A stretch of DNA of 64,000 nucleotides from Klebsiella phage Miami. Where the stretch lies: the sequence record MT701590.1; one strand, 5' to 3'. The notes under the pieces are model-generated. The model saw nothing but the letters and a program-made list of their open reading frames with translations. It was not told the DNA's origin and did not search any database. Position numbers and translations under genes: made by a program. How positions within the stretch are numbered: the first letter of the stretch is position 1; each line of letters begins with the position of its first letter. This document shows, in pieces, positions 32,401 to 41,105 of this stretch.

Positions 32401-33724
32401 ACGTACACGTGGTCAGCAAGAGAACTATGCTGGGGTTATCTCCGAGGCTGGTAAAGACTCCGGTAAAGTTGGGTTCGTGAGTTACTTAACGAGCAACCCT
32501 AAGATCGCCGATTTCCGTGGTAACGTCGACCTAAGCATGCCTGACACTCTGAGCGGCAGACTGTCGGTAACATCCAACCTTTTAGCTCACTCGACCTCCG
32601 ATGACCCCAAACGTGCTCTGTTCTCCGGGGTACAGCAAAGCCAGGGGGTATCTGCGACTAACTATCAGACCAACTGGTTACGCACAGGGGATGAGCTGGT
32701 TATCGCACACCGGACATCTGAGCTTTATTCTAAACCGGCTAAACTCGACGGTAAAGTAATAAAGCTTACCAAAGAAGGTTTAGTGGTCGAATACAAGGAT
32801 GGAACGACGGACAGCTATCCGTTAGGCTTGACTATCGGTAGTGCGTCTGGTGAATTCCACAGACACACAAGGGTTACCGATTTAAAAGTCGGCGATAGTT
32901 TCAACGCCGGAGACATTATCGGTTGGGATGAAATGTACTTTGAAAGGGATTTGGCTAACCCTAATCAGGTCGCGTGGAAATGCGGGGTAATGGTGAGGAT
33001 TGCCTTTGTTGAGAATCAGTTCACGTTTGAAGACTCCATTGAGGTTTCTAAAGACTTCGCTGAGCAGACGAAAACGCCTTATTTGAAGTTGAAAGAATTC
33101 TCTTTAGACTTCGAACAAACTCTCGTCCCTCACGTAGAAGTCGGGTCGGAAGTCGACATGGACGCGATTTTATGCTCGATAGAGGATCCCCACGTAAGTG
33201 GTCTGGACGATTCTGATGACACTTTCTCAGGATTAGAGCGTTTAGGGGTTAAACAAATTCGGTCTAACCATCATGGCCGTGTTGTTAAAATTGAGTGTGT
33301 TTATAACGGTTCAATTGAAGACATGTCAGATAGCCTGAAAGGGTTTGTGACTAAGTTAGATAAAGAACGTCAACAGCTCAATAAGGTCACTCATACCGGG
33401 ATCGTTAACGGTAACGTTGGGGGAAACACGTATGTTAAGAAAGCCAGTGTTGAACCTAATCGGGTTACGGTTAAAATCTTTATTGAGGATCTCAATAGCT
33501 CCGAAACCGCCGATAAATTTGTAGTCGGTAACCAGATGAAAGGCACCGTGGGGAATATCGTGAACTACACAATGCGCACACTGGATGGCCGTATTGTCAA
33601 GATTCGATTCTCATTTAAATCGATGTTCAACCGTATGGTTCTGAGCTTACGAGATAAAATGGGTATCAATGAAGTTAACGCCAACCGCACTTCGGCAGCA
33701 GTTAAAGCTTTCAGAGGAAAATAA
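29468..33724 (+). CDS. large protein (1418 aa) translationally coupled to the beta-prime N-terminal fragment; possibly another virion RNAP subunit
   Basis: ATGA overlap with the upstream gene. Long ORF with an acidic insertion (EEEPLDLDESEE...); no canonical beta or beta-prime motif recognised by eye, so the function is inferred from context. Confidence 0.5.
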   Translation: MSVLYQQFFRNFVLRKKQEITNPKFHHLTDMVLPRESVMMYLPKTQEDIGPSTEEPLIGTYPDGVNIYFNSLYITPIGRTRPVPFNEKQSIQLYRKSHFKYNWARTLSNYLSRRQELLVNNIAMGPHRHRYVFTRFVQFERAYNQLASGIEAVKQMSKETTRHQYWRIELPPAIPDYRQLLVAVDHYKKAFKDGVYTTTDNQAVLPFKGYGSYWIMDWYLFLIGEKNYSLFNRLDKEEMDKLHIIFSHNGLSWVVNLGIVSQWMEELNDKHGNPTSMRVNAAKRFLLGFRALIAGGTLSETIEEKPHAAENVGLGTGTPEEERRSQEVNKESEEEPLDLDESEEITDQSVTMLDLFMGSKKADTESDDDQGGEDSGGADENHGEEWAAAVDDELLYNAETEGLGETKKVIFSTPESGILRALEQRAKAGTLTVAEQRYYTNLAQSYKTIKMPNGESLESFVKIDQAKLRHLPAKIAPEMRGIIDPSQLQSRATNLKTKYSEEFLNRDIAGMILNIQNAGIVLTDLKRERIVNAESAYDVYTMNVHPVGGSPKTAMFRIPKIDKDGTFTVDGVKQHLQLQRMEIPIRKINSEQVALTSYYDRKIMMSRSTKVADDYGLWLNKQLILLGEAGKVSGVLGDVYNRSYAVPRTYSALAKRYRSLKAGGIEFNFDLSSLVGSEKEINKLISPNWVPVAKEGDDFIFMDDGGNLYKDKTHIGSFESRCGIDTTKAPVDIVTVNVNGYAFPIGVVLAYYFGFDELLKALNADYRTVPAGEKVRMGQDEYAITFNDETLIFNRRDSLTALIMGGFRKLANLSNFSRYDLNTKGVWVPAIGDKKVKPGHFDEMRLMFEMFIDPITKSELVKRGYPTELHYLMIEGVKMLNTDRTAHEIELTEQRFVGYERFAGRVYNEIVKSTRQFRNKGNDKRFTFDMNPEAVIMSIITDTSVNLVEEVNPIHEIKEQEVVTFGGTGGRSETTMVRRTRGQQENYAGVISEAGKDSGKVGFVSYLTSNPKIADFRGNVDLSMPDTLSGRLSVTSNLLAHSTSDDPKRALFSGVQQSQGVSATNYQTNWLRTGDELVIAHRTSELYSKPAKLDGKVIKLTKEGLVVEYKDGTTDSYPLGLTIGSASGEFHRHTRVTDLKVGDSFNAGDIIGWDEMYFERDLANPNQVAWKCGVMVRIAFVENQFTFEDSIEVSKDFAEQTKTPYLKLKEFSLDFEQTLVPHVEVGSEVDMDAILCSIEDPHVSGLDDSDDTFSGLERLGVKQIRSNHHGRVVKIECVYNGSIEDMSDSLKGFVTKLDKERQQLNKVTHTGIVNGNVGGNTYVKKASVEPNRVTVKIFIEDLNSSETADKFVVGNQMKGTVGNIVNYTMRTLDGRIVKIRFSFKSMFNRMVLSLRDKMGINEVNANRTSAAVKAFRGK

Positions 33725-33725
33725 A

Positions 33726-34586
33726 ATGTCTATCGCCCTAACCAAAGCGATTAAAGATATCCAGGTATCTTTAAAAGAGGTGGGGCTTTATCCTTCTAAG
33801 ATCGATGGTGTGTGGGGGGATGGAAGTTCGACTGGCTTCCTTACCCTCATCAACTATTATGCGTCTAAAGAAGGTAAAGCGTCTCAAGTTAAAATCGGTC
33901 CTAAGGTCGGCAACGAAGTAGCCTTTAAAACAGTTCAGCAACAACTCCAAAACGTCGGGCTTTACGGCGGTACGATCGACGGACTTTGGGGTAACGGAAC
34001 CAAAACCGCTTTGGCAACTCTGAACAGCGTCTTCCGTTTAGGTTATCAACTACCTAAATACAGCGCATGCTGGAGTAAGAAGGTTGAACCGGCATTCGTT
34101 GCCCGTTGTAAGAAATGGGTGGACGACGAAGCTCTGGTTCCTGAATGCCTTGATTTCGTCATGGCGATTATGTGTTTCGAATCAGGCGGTACCTTCCGAC
34201 CAGATATTCAGAATCGCGCCGGCGCCAACTATTGGGGTTTAATCCAATTCGGTACTGCGGCCGCAACCGATCTGGGTACTACTCTTGACAAACTCAAGAA
34301 GATGACTCAGATGGAGCAACTGGAGTATGTGTTTAAATACTTCAAGATGCGGATGAAATCGTATAAACTGAAAAGTCTGGAAGATTTCTATATGTCCGTA
34401 TTTTACCCGGCCGCAATAGGTAAATCTCCTGACACCATGATCTTCGCCAATGGTTCTGTTGGTTATCGCCAGAATAACTTACTGGACGTTGACAAAGACG
34501 GTAAGATTACCGTTGGAGAAATCAGCGTTAAAATCTATCAAACTTACTACGACGGGATGCTACCCGTTAATCGGAGAATTGTCTAA
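33726..34586 (+). CDS. endolysin: two N-terminal peptidoglycan-binding repeats plus a C-terminal lytic transglycosylase domain (KZ144-like)
   Basis: Two PG_binding_1-like repeats (LKEVGLYPSKIDGVWGDGSSTGFLTL and LQNVGLYGGTIDGLWGNGTKTALATL), then FESGGTF...YWGLIQF with the catalytic Glu-Ser pair. Start refined to ATG 33726, which follows gaggaaaataaa. Confidence 0.8.
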   Translation: MSIALTKAIKDIQVSLKEVGLYPSKIDGVWGDGSSTGFLTLINYYASKEGKASQVKIGPKVGNEVAFKTVQQQLQNVGLYGGTIDGLWGNGTKTALATLNSVFRLGYQLPKYSACWSKKVEPAFVARCKKWVDDEALVPECLDFVMAIMCFESGGTFRPDIQNRAGANYWGLIQFGTAAATDLGTTLDKLKKMTQMEQLEYVFKYFKMRMKSYKLKSLEDFYMSVFYPAAIGKSPDTMIFANGSVGYRQNNLLDVDKDGKITVGEISVKIYQTYYDGMLPVNRRIV

Positions 34587-34747
34587 TGGACGATACCATT
34601 AAAGAAGCGGTCGCTATCGCCAATTTGTTTGAATTGGTTAAAGCAACAACCGGGAAAGTCGGACTTGAATATATGGCCCCCATTGATGATTCTCGTGCCG
34701 ACGAAATTATCAGCGGTGCTATCAACGCGGCAGTAAAAGGACAATAA
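34586..34747 (+). CDS. small ORF (53 aa) overlapping the endolysin stop
   Basis: TAATG overlap at 34584-34588; MDDTIKEAVAIANLFELVKATTGKV...; absent from the ORF table because it is shorter than 60 aa; ends 2 nt before the next start. Confidence 0.3.
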   Translation: MDDTIKEAVAIANLFELVKATTGKVGLEYMAPIDDSRADEIISGAINAAVKGQ

Positions 34748-34749
34748 CA

Positions 34750-36249
34750 ATGATCAAGCAATCTTCCGTTTTCATTGCGTTGCCTATCGCAGAAAGTTTG
34801 GTTGGTGTTAACAAAACCTTTGCTGATAAAAGCCATCCGCTCATCAAAGGCCTAAGCGAATGCAGCTATGGATTGGTTCCCTATACCCTCGATAACCTTC
34901 CTTTGACTTTACCGGAAGTTACTCACGAGGAAATGGAACACGGTTTGCTGCTGGATGAAGCCAGTACAACACTCGCTGAATCTGTTCGTAAGAGTTTCCA
35001 GCAAATCAGCCATTACCTCAAACCTTTCGCGAAAAATCTCATCGAAGAAATTTACAAGGCGACAGATATTGATGAAGACGCTACACGTCAGATTTTTGAC
35101 CGTCTTCAGATTGAATACCGTAAGCTCGATTACAGCTTCTTCGATAGCCCGTTTTACCCGAAAGAGATTGACGGCTCTATCGACTACAGCAAGATCCCTC
35201 TGAAAGATCTGATGTTGCCGGATAACGCAGTTGATAAAGACTTCGGCGGGTTCGCCGATTATATCCAGGCGCCTAACGCAGAGATCAAAGAGATCTTTGA
35301 AGCTTATCAGCCGGGTTGGGCGTTCGATAAATTTATTGGGAACAACAACTGGGCCGACGTCTTCAATATTTTCAACGGTAATGTTGATCTGACAACGGCC
35401 GGTTACAAAGACCCGGCACCTCTGTTCAGTCTGTACGTGCTGTTTACGAAAATGAAAGCGGATGAAAATCCGGCTCCATTCGTAAAAAATATCGAACTCC
35501 ATCAGTATCGTGGTTACGTCAACCGGATGCATAACTTCCTGACCGTAGCGCTTGTTTTTTGTTCTCGCTACTATCAGGGTTTGAAACTCACTCCAATGCC
35601 TGTTTTATCTTTGGTGGGCAAAATGGAAATGGATCGTGGGATTAACCTCCTGCGCGGTAAAATCGTCGTAGGTCTTACCAAAAAAGGTCTTGATCTTTAC
35701 GCAGCGGCGGCACCTGAAGGTTCTGTGAGTGAAGCTCTGGCCGGTAAGGCAGTGGCCATGATCGCAACCAAGTCCGATAAAGCTGGTTTGAACATCGTTG
35801 CAGGCGCAGAGTACTTCCAGGAAGTATTCCGCAATTACCTGGCTGGCGTAACGGGATCTCTGAACGCTAAGATCACTGAATCCTGTCGGGACGCAGTTGA
35901 GAATGCGCTGATCAAGTTCCAGAACGAACACGCGGAACTCAAAGATACCGTGATGGGTCTCAATGACAAAATTGAATTCCGTCGTCTGAGCCACGCTCTG
36001 CAGTCTGACGTGGATGCGTTCGTTGGTGGTTATAAATCGCAAGTTGTCGCTAACGGCGTTCCGCTGGATAAATACGTCATGGGTTCTGATCTCGTTGCCT
36101 CTCTGGGTAACCTGATGGGTATGACGTTCGCGGCGGATGTACTGCGCACCAGTGCTCGCTTGATCGGTTCAGGTGAGATCACCGATGTTCAGAAACGCGA
36201 AGCGCTGACCGAAGCGGTTGTAAAATCTTTAGTTAAACATCTTGTCTAA
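34750..36249 (+). CDS. hypothetical protein (499 aa)
   Basis: Long ORF with an aaaggacaataacaATG context. Confidence 0.55.
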   Translation: MIKQSSVFIALPIAESLVGVNKTFADKSHPLIKGLSECSYGLVPYTLDNLPLTLPEVTHEEMEHGLLLDEASTTLAESVRKSFQQISHYLKPFAKNLIEEIYKATDIDEDATRQIFDRLQIEYRKLDYSFFDSPFYPKEIDGSIDYSKIPLKDLMLPDNAVDKDFGGFADYIQAPNAEIKEIFEAYQPGWAFDKFIGNNNWADVFNIFNGNVDLTTAGYKDPAPLFSLYVLFTKMKADENPAPFVKNIELHQYRGYVNRMHNFLTVALVFCSRYYQGLKLTPMPVLSLVGKMEMDRGINLLRGKIVVGLTKKGLDLYAAAAPEGSVSEALAGKAVAMIATKSDKAGLNIVAGAEYFQEVFRNYLAGVTGSLNAKITESCRDAVENALIKFQNEHAELKDTVMGLNDKIEFRRLSHALQSDVDAFVGGYKSQVVANGVPLDKYVMGSDLVASLGNLMGMTFAADVLRTSARLIGSGEITDVQKREALTEAVVKSLVKHLV

Positions 36250-36264
36250 TCGGGAATTTAATCC

Positions 36265-36990
36265 ATGAACTATTCGGCTCTAACGAGAAATAAGGATCGG
36301 GTCTTTAAAGCATTAAAAGAGTTAGAGGGCCATTCGGTTATCGCTCTGGAGCCGTTAGAGGTTCATATCCCCAAACGCTTTATCGAGCGATCACTAGCCG
36401 ATATCGGTGATAAGGTTGAAACGATCGGTGTTCTGGGGATCGTCATTCCCGATGTCGCTTATTGCTGCATGTATCGCGTGGCTACTGTAACACTGTCACC
36501 AAGTAACATCAGGGAAATCACAATAGACGGCGTAAGATATGTCGTATTGGATTTCGAGAAGGGCGATACAGTCTTTAACAACATCGAGGTCGTTAAAGAC
36601 GAACATCTCAACTATTCTTATTACATGGAGTTCGGGTATTTCGCAAGGGTTCCTTGGTACGTCGATGTAACGATGGCACCTAAGCTTTTCGATTACGCCG
36701 GGCTGATCACCGGTAAGAAAGTAGGGACGAGTCCTCAGGTATTCAGGGTGCTTTACGGATTATCATATCGAGATCCCGATAACTACGAGATCGCTTATCG
36801 TTACGGCCCAGGAATTAAGGCCGGGAAGAAACCTCACCTGGTGGGGCTCAATAACGGCAGCATGTTGATAGATGGAACATTCAACCGCCTCATGGGCGGA
36901 TATCTGGCCGACAACACCATTGCGGCTATTCTTAATCCTGATACCAAAGTCACTGATTCAGAAAAAGTGATGAAGGGATCGCCAGAATAA
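36265..36990 (+). CDS. hypothetical protein
   Basis: 241-aa ORF in a tight array. Confidence 0.5.
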   Translation: MNYSALTRNKDRVFKALKELEGHSVIALEPLEVHIPKRFIERSLADIGDKVETIGVLGIVIPDVAYCCMYRVATVTLSPSNIREITIDGVRYVVLDFEKGDTVFNNIEVVKDEHLNYSYYMEFGYFARVPWYVDVTMAPKLFDYAGLITGKKVGTSPQVFRVLYGLSYRDPDNYEIAYRYGPGIKAGKKPHLVGLNNGSMLIDGTFNRLMGGYLADNTIAAILNPDTKVTDSEKVMKGSPE

Positions 36991-37004
36991 AATAAGGGTA
37001 AACC

Positions 37005-37868
37005 GTGAGTCAGTTTTCTTTCGGCAACATTATTCTTGCCAGCAACGGTAAGAAAGGACTACTAAAGCCGATCGATGATTCTGGTTACTATCTGCTTAAC
37101 GCGGGGGGATTTAACGTCCCTAACCGTAACGGGATTAAATATACTGCCAATCAGTATATTCAAGAGTGTATGTCCGAGGACTCCGATCTCATGCGTCGTA
37201 TTAAACGCGGTGAGGTTTATGGGGAATGCGGACATCCTCCTATGTTCTTTTACGAACGCGTCAACGGTGTGATAGTAAGAACCAAGATCACCGATCTGTA
37301 TCAATGGATCATGCGTCTTAAAACTATCGACATGGACAGGGCGGCTTTCCACATTCGCAATATCCATTTTGATACTGATGCATGGACCCCTAACAACAAC
37401 GGCCCGATCTATAACAGTATCGAAGTTAAACCTTACCTTTCAACGGTGTTTGGTAAGATGTTTGAAGAGAATCTGTTAACACCTGATATGAACACTTCTG
37501 TGTCTATCAGGACGGTCACCGCTCCTCAGCAATTCGGTCATAAGACTCGTGAGGTCGAATACTTCACTGGTTACGATTGGGTTTATGAAGCGGGCATGGA
37601 TTGGGCTAACAAACACATGACTGCCGGATGCGAAGCCTTCCTGCAAGAAATGGTGTTTGACGAAAAACAATCCATGACGTTGGATACCGATACCGCCATT
37701 CAGCTGATCGAAGCAGGACTGGAGAAGGTTGACGATATTCGTAGCGTTGAAGGGGTAGAAGCCTTTGAATCCATCAAAGGACTGCTCGGGTCTCTTAAAC
37801 GTCACAACGAAGACCGTAAACAGAAACACACCATTTCCTACGCTTCTAACTGCCTGGATTTATTCTGA
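37005..37868 (+). CDS. hypothetical protein
   Basis: 287-aa ORF (GTG/ATG context taagggtaaaccGTG); terminator follows. Confidence 0.5.
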   Translation: MSQFSFGNIILASNGKKGLLKPIDDSGYYLLNAGGFNVPNRNGIKYTANQYIQECMSEDSDLMRRIKRGEVYGECGHPPMFFYERVNGVIVRTKITDLYQWIMRLKTIDMDRAAFHIRNIHFDTDAWTPNNNGPIYNSIEVKPYLSTVFGKMFEENLLTPDMNTSVSIRTVTAPQQFGHKTREVEYFTGYDWVYEAGMDWANKHMTAGCEAFLQEMVFDEKQSMTLDTDTAIQLIEAGLEKVDDIRSVEGVEAFESIKGLLGSLKRHNEDRKQKHTISYASNCLDLF

Positions 37869-37870
37869 TA

Positions 37871-37906
37871 ATAACTGGAGGGGGAAACCCCTCCAGTTAT
37901 TTTTTA
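37871..37906 (+). terminator. rho-independent terminator
   Basis: ataactggaggggg-aaa-cccctccagttat followed immediately by tttttt. Confidence 0.65.
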
Positions 37907-37954
37907 CTCACATCCTATTTTTATGTCGACATAACACAATAAGCGAGTTTAACC

Positions 37955-38605
37955 ATGTTTAAGAAAGATCTCTCACTCACTCAACTCAATGATCTGGCGG
38001 CGATCAATTTTCTGGTAACTGTTCCTCTGGAAGTTAAATTGATCAGCAATCTTTACGGCGAGATGGAACGTATTTGGGGTCAGATGCGCGATCAATATGG
38101 TGAGCATCTCATCGAACGTAATCTCGGTGGCGGTGTCAAATCCGACGGCGTAAGAGATTATGCCGAGAAACTCACCGTTCTCGTTTTTAACTCCATCGGG
38201 TCGTTCCAGCGCGGCTTGTCGAAGAAAACCATCAGTGATAAGAATGATGAGGCGACAACGCTCATTCGTCGCGTACCGGCGTACACCGATCTGACAAACG
38301 AAAAACTTTTCAAGATCTTCATGATCAACCTCTTCGGTTACGACGAAGATCTTATCGCAATCTCTTTTGCGACTAACGATAAAGATCGTAGCAAACTGCT
38401 CTTCCGCTACATCCTCAATCGTTTTGACATCGTTCGTAACAATCCTGAGTCCGAAGAACTTATGGAAGGTTTCTATCCTGATAACTTCTTCGAGATCGTT
38501 GCCGAAAGACCAAGCGACGTTTATCAGGAATGTTTCGCGTACATCGTAGAACAGGGTTATCCGGTCATGAAAGCGCTGCAGTACTACGCGTCCTCATTAC
38601 GCTAA
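37955..38605 (+). CDS. hypothetical protein
   Basis: 216-aa ORF. Confidence 0.5.
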   Translation: MFKKDLSLTQLNDLAAINFLVTVPLEVKLISNLYGEMERIWGQMRDQYGEHLIERNLGGGVKSDGVRDYAEKLTVLVFNSIGSFQRGLSKKTISDKNDEATTLIRRVPAYTDLTNEKLFKIFMINLFGYDEDLIAISFATNDKDRSKLLFRYILNRFDIVRNNPESEELMEGFYPDNFFEIVAERPSDVYQECFAYIVEQGYPVMKALQYYASSLR

Positions 38606-38738
38606 AAGTTTTAAGACCTATATAACTAAGGTGAGGCAAACACAGACAAGACAGTCTGGGTGATGTTGTAACATCATCTTTTTGTTTCCTCATCTTTCTT
38701 ATTTTTTTAACATCCAATTTATTATCGAGGACCGAAGA

Positions 38739-39182
38739 GTGAGCAAACTTAACAAAACTTATGCTGAATCCCAAACTGCCGCTATTGCCAATCTGACCGA
38801 ACACGCGAGCTACGACAAAGCAACGGCGCACACTACCTTTTCAGCAGAAAAGTTTTCTTTGCCTGAAGGGGTAACCCCTGAAAGTATTAAGACGCACAAA
38901 GATCTCTTCATTGACATCACCGGTGCAATCGAAGAAGCTACCGCGCAACAAACGCTGGCTGCTCATAAAGCCGATGAAAAAATTCTCACCACCACAGGTT
39001 CTCTGGAACTGGGCGGGGTCGTCTTTACCTCTCAGCACCACCTGAAACAAAAAGTAGGCGAACACGATCTGTTCGGCGGGAGCGTGACCAGCGTCGATTA
39101 TATCTATTCTCCTGAAGCGACCGAATGGGCGGCAAGCATGCGCGCCAATAACGCGAGTATCGCCGAAGATCTTTTTAAATAA
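38739..39182 (+). CDS. hypothetical protein, likely highly expressed
   Basis: Table start 38682; refined to GTG 38739, which follows gagga at 8-nt spacing (SKLNKTYAESQ...); Ala/Thr-rich; strong terminator after the stop. Confidence 0.45.
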   Translation: MSKLNKTYAESQTAAIANLTEHASYDKATAHTTFSAEKFSLPEGVTPESIKTHKDLFIDITGAIEEATAQQTLAAHKADEKILTTTGSLELGGVVFTSQHHLKQKVGEHDLFGGSVTSVDYIYSPEATEWAASMRANNASIAEDLFK

Positions 39183-39189
39183 GGCATTC

Positions 39190-39216
39190 TTACTCCTGCC
39201 CTTAGGGCAGGAGTAA
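39190..39216 (+). terminator. terminator (CTCCTAC-like family)
   Basis: ttactcctgccc-tta-gggcaggagtaa followed by ggcgttttattttttt. Confidence 0.6.
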
Positions 39217-39252
39217 ATAAGGCGTTTTATTTTTTTAGGGGAAGAAAGTAGA

Positions 39253-39531
39253 ATGGCTTCTAAGTCAACCACAAGAATCTACGAACTTGCTGATGGTGGG
39301 ATTCGGATTGGGTTTGTGAGAAATGAAGGATCGATCAAGGTTAAGGTAGAGCAGTTTGACCGAGAGCGCAAACTCATGAATCTGTATGGCGCAACCATCC
39401 ATATTTTAGAAAAAGCGGGCGCCATCACTGAACTAAGAAAAGTATTAGGTAAACAATTTCCGCGTTGGGGATTCGACATGAATCCCGAAGCAAAGGAAGA
39501 CATCGTGCTTACTTTTATCAAATTGTTCTAG
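39253..39531 (+). CDS. hypothetical protein (92 aa)
   Basis: ORF with a gggaagaaagtagaATG SD. Confidence 0.45.
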   Translation: MASKSTTRIYELADGGIRIGFVRNEGSIKVKVEQFDRERKLMNLYGATIHILEKAGAITELRKVLGKQFPRWGFDMNPEAKEDIVLTFIKLF

Positions 39532-39650
39532 TATTTTATGGTAGGGGTGCTTTAGGCACTCCTACTGGACTCATCGTGCATTTTAATTCAACACACAAAA
39601 AGAATGAGACCTGTACTATTTAAGTAAGAACAATGATAGGAGTTGCTTTC

Positions 39651-40334
39651 ATGGATTCAATAAGCTGGTACGGAAAATTTAAAGCAGTAACCGAGGATTT
39701 GATTCCGGTTGATCTTTTACGGTACTGCTTATGGTCGATCACCTTTAATGACAAAGCGCATGATTTGAATCACGTTTATCATGTTTGTAAACAAGGGAAC
39801 GATCTTGCATTATTACAAGATTACGATGACCACTGGCGAAGCCTAGTATTGGCGGGTTGTCTGCTTCACGACATTGGGTGTCGTTACGATCGTAAAACCC
39901 ATCATCTCATAGCGTATGGGTTGGTCTTCGACTTAACCCATCGTTATTGCACTGGACACTATTCGCCGGAAGAGACATTGATCATTGCGAAAAGTTGTCT
40001 GGAGCACAGAGCAAGCTGGGAAGGTGATTTCAGTCATCCTATTTCAGAAACGGTTGCTCTGGCCGACAGAGGTATTCCTGATTTCGAGTTATACTGCAAA
40101 CGAGCCGTTCAGTTCAGGTTAGATCAAAACCTGACTGAAGATGTTTTGGTAGAAGAAGTTCGCGTTCACATGTTAGACAAGTTCCTACCTAAGACGGGAT
40201 ACGTTTGGAAAAACTATCCTGAATTAGGATTGTCTTTATATGAACAAGAATGGAAAGTGTTCCACGATAAACTTAAAGACGAAGTTGTCTTTAGAGAGGC
40301 TGTACTAGAAGCGTACCGTAAATTAAAATCTTAA
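39651..40334 (+). CDS. HD-domain phosphohydrolase
   Basis: H..HD signature: NHVYHVCKQG ... LAGCLLHDIGCRYDRKTHH. Start refined to ATG 39651, which follows taggag. Confidence 0.55.
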   Translation: MDSISWYGKFKAVTEDLIPVDLLRYCLWSITFNDKAHDLNHVYHVCKQGNDLALLQDYDDHWRSLVLAGCLLHDIGCRYDRKTHHLIAYGLVFDLTHRYCTGHYSPEETLIIAKSCLEHRASWEGDFSHPISETVALADRGIPDFELYCKRAVQFRLDQNLTEDVLVEEVRVHMLDKFLPKTGYVWKNYPELGLSLYEQEWKVFHDKLKDEVVFREAVLEAYRKLKS

Positions 40335-40391
40335 TCTATATTGTTAACGTCCTCATAAGGGGCGTTAACAATAACCTACGAGGAAATCATC

Positions 40392-40886
40392 ATGATTATT
40401 TTACTTGCTGTTTTTGCTATTATCCTTTGTATTGGTTTTTGTTATAAAAAGATCAATATCAAAAACGACATCGGAATCAAGGTTAACAACGCCACAAAGA
40501 TGGTTATCGACATCAACCTTGGTAAAATTAAAGGGGAGTTCAAGATCGTTAAACACAGTCGGTGTTTCAAACCCAGGGTCTCTCCTGGATTAAACGGATT
40601 GGTTTACACCGTTCCTGTGTTTTGTACGTTATCTGAATTCATCACCGGCTTATATTCTGAAGAAATAAGACCTTACGACAAACAAAAAGATAAACACCTC
40701 TTAGACGTCGTCAGAGCCATCGTAGGGGTCGAATTAAAGGACGATGGTATGATTGCCTTATTCGACGACACGACCCTTTGTGAGACCGTAGAGAGAGCCA
40801 GAGAGTCATTTGTGATGAATAAGGATTATTTCTTCTCCGAGAAGGGGTGGAACCGAGGCAATGTTATTGCACCTATCAACCTTTAA
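40392..40886 (+). CDS. membrane protein (N-terminal transmembrane segment)
   Basis: MIILLAVFAIILCIGFCY hydrophobic N-terminus; SD aggaaatcatcATG. Confidence 0.45.
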   Translation: MIILLAVFAIILCIGFCYKKINIKNDIGIKVNNATKMVIDINLGKIKGEFKIVKHSRCFKPRVSPGLNGLVYTVPVFCTLSEFITGLYSEEIRPYDKQKDKHLLDVVRAIVGVELKDDGMIALFDDTTLCETVERARESFVMNKDYFFSEKGWNRGNVIAPINL

Positions 40887-40900
40887 TTAAGGATTTTAAA

Positions 40901-41041
40901 ATGTCTGACATGTTTGACGTGGATCAACTCAACAACCTGAACCTGGAAGCGGTTGAAGAGAAAGTCGAATCTCTTCGTGATGGTGGCGGTGAAGTTGTCG
41001 AGGCTTCCGATGAATGTGAAGGCGGCGCCTGCAAAATTTAA
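40901..41041 (+). CDS. small acidic protein (46 aa)
   Basis: ATG follows aagga; MSDMFDVDQLNNLNLEAVEEK...; C-terminal Cys pair. Confidence 0.3.
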   Translation: MSDMFDVDQLNNLNLEAVEEKVESLRDGGGEVVEASDECEGGACKI

Positions 41042-41050
41042 AACGCATAA

Positions 41051-41084
41051 TAACTCCTACTCCCCATACGGGGAGTAGGAGTTA
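41051..41084. terminator. bidirectional terminator (CTCCTAC family) between convergent genes
   Basis: taactcctactcccc-atac-ggggagtaggagtta, with tttttttttttt at 41094-41105. Confidence 0.65.
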
Positions 41085-41105
41085 GCAGTACTTATTTTTT
41101 TTTTC

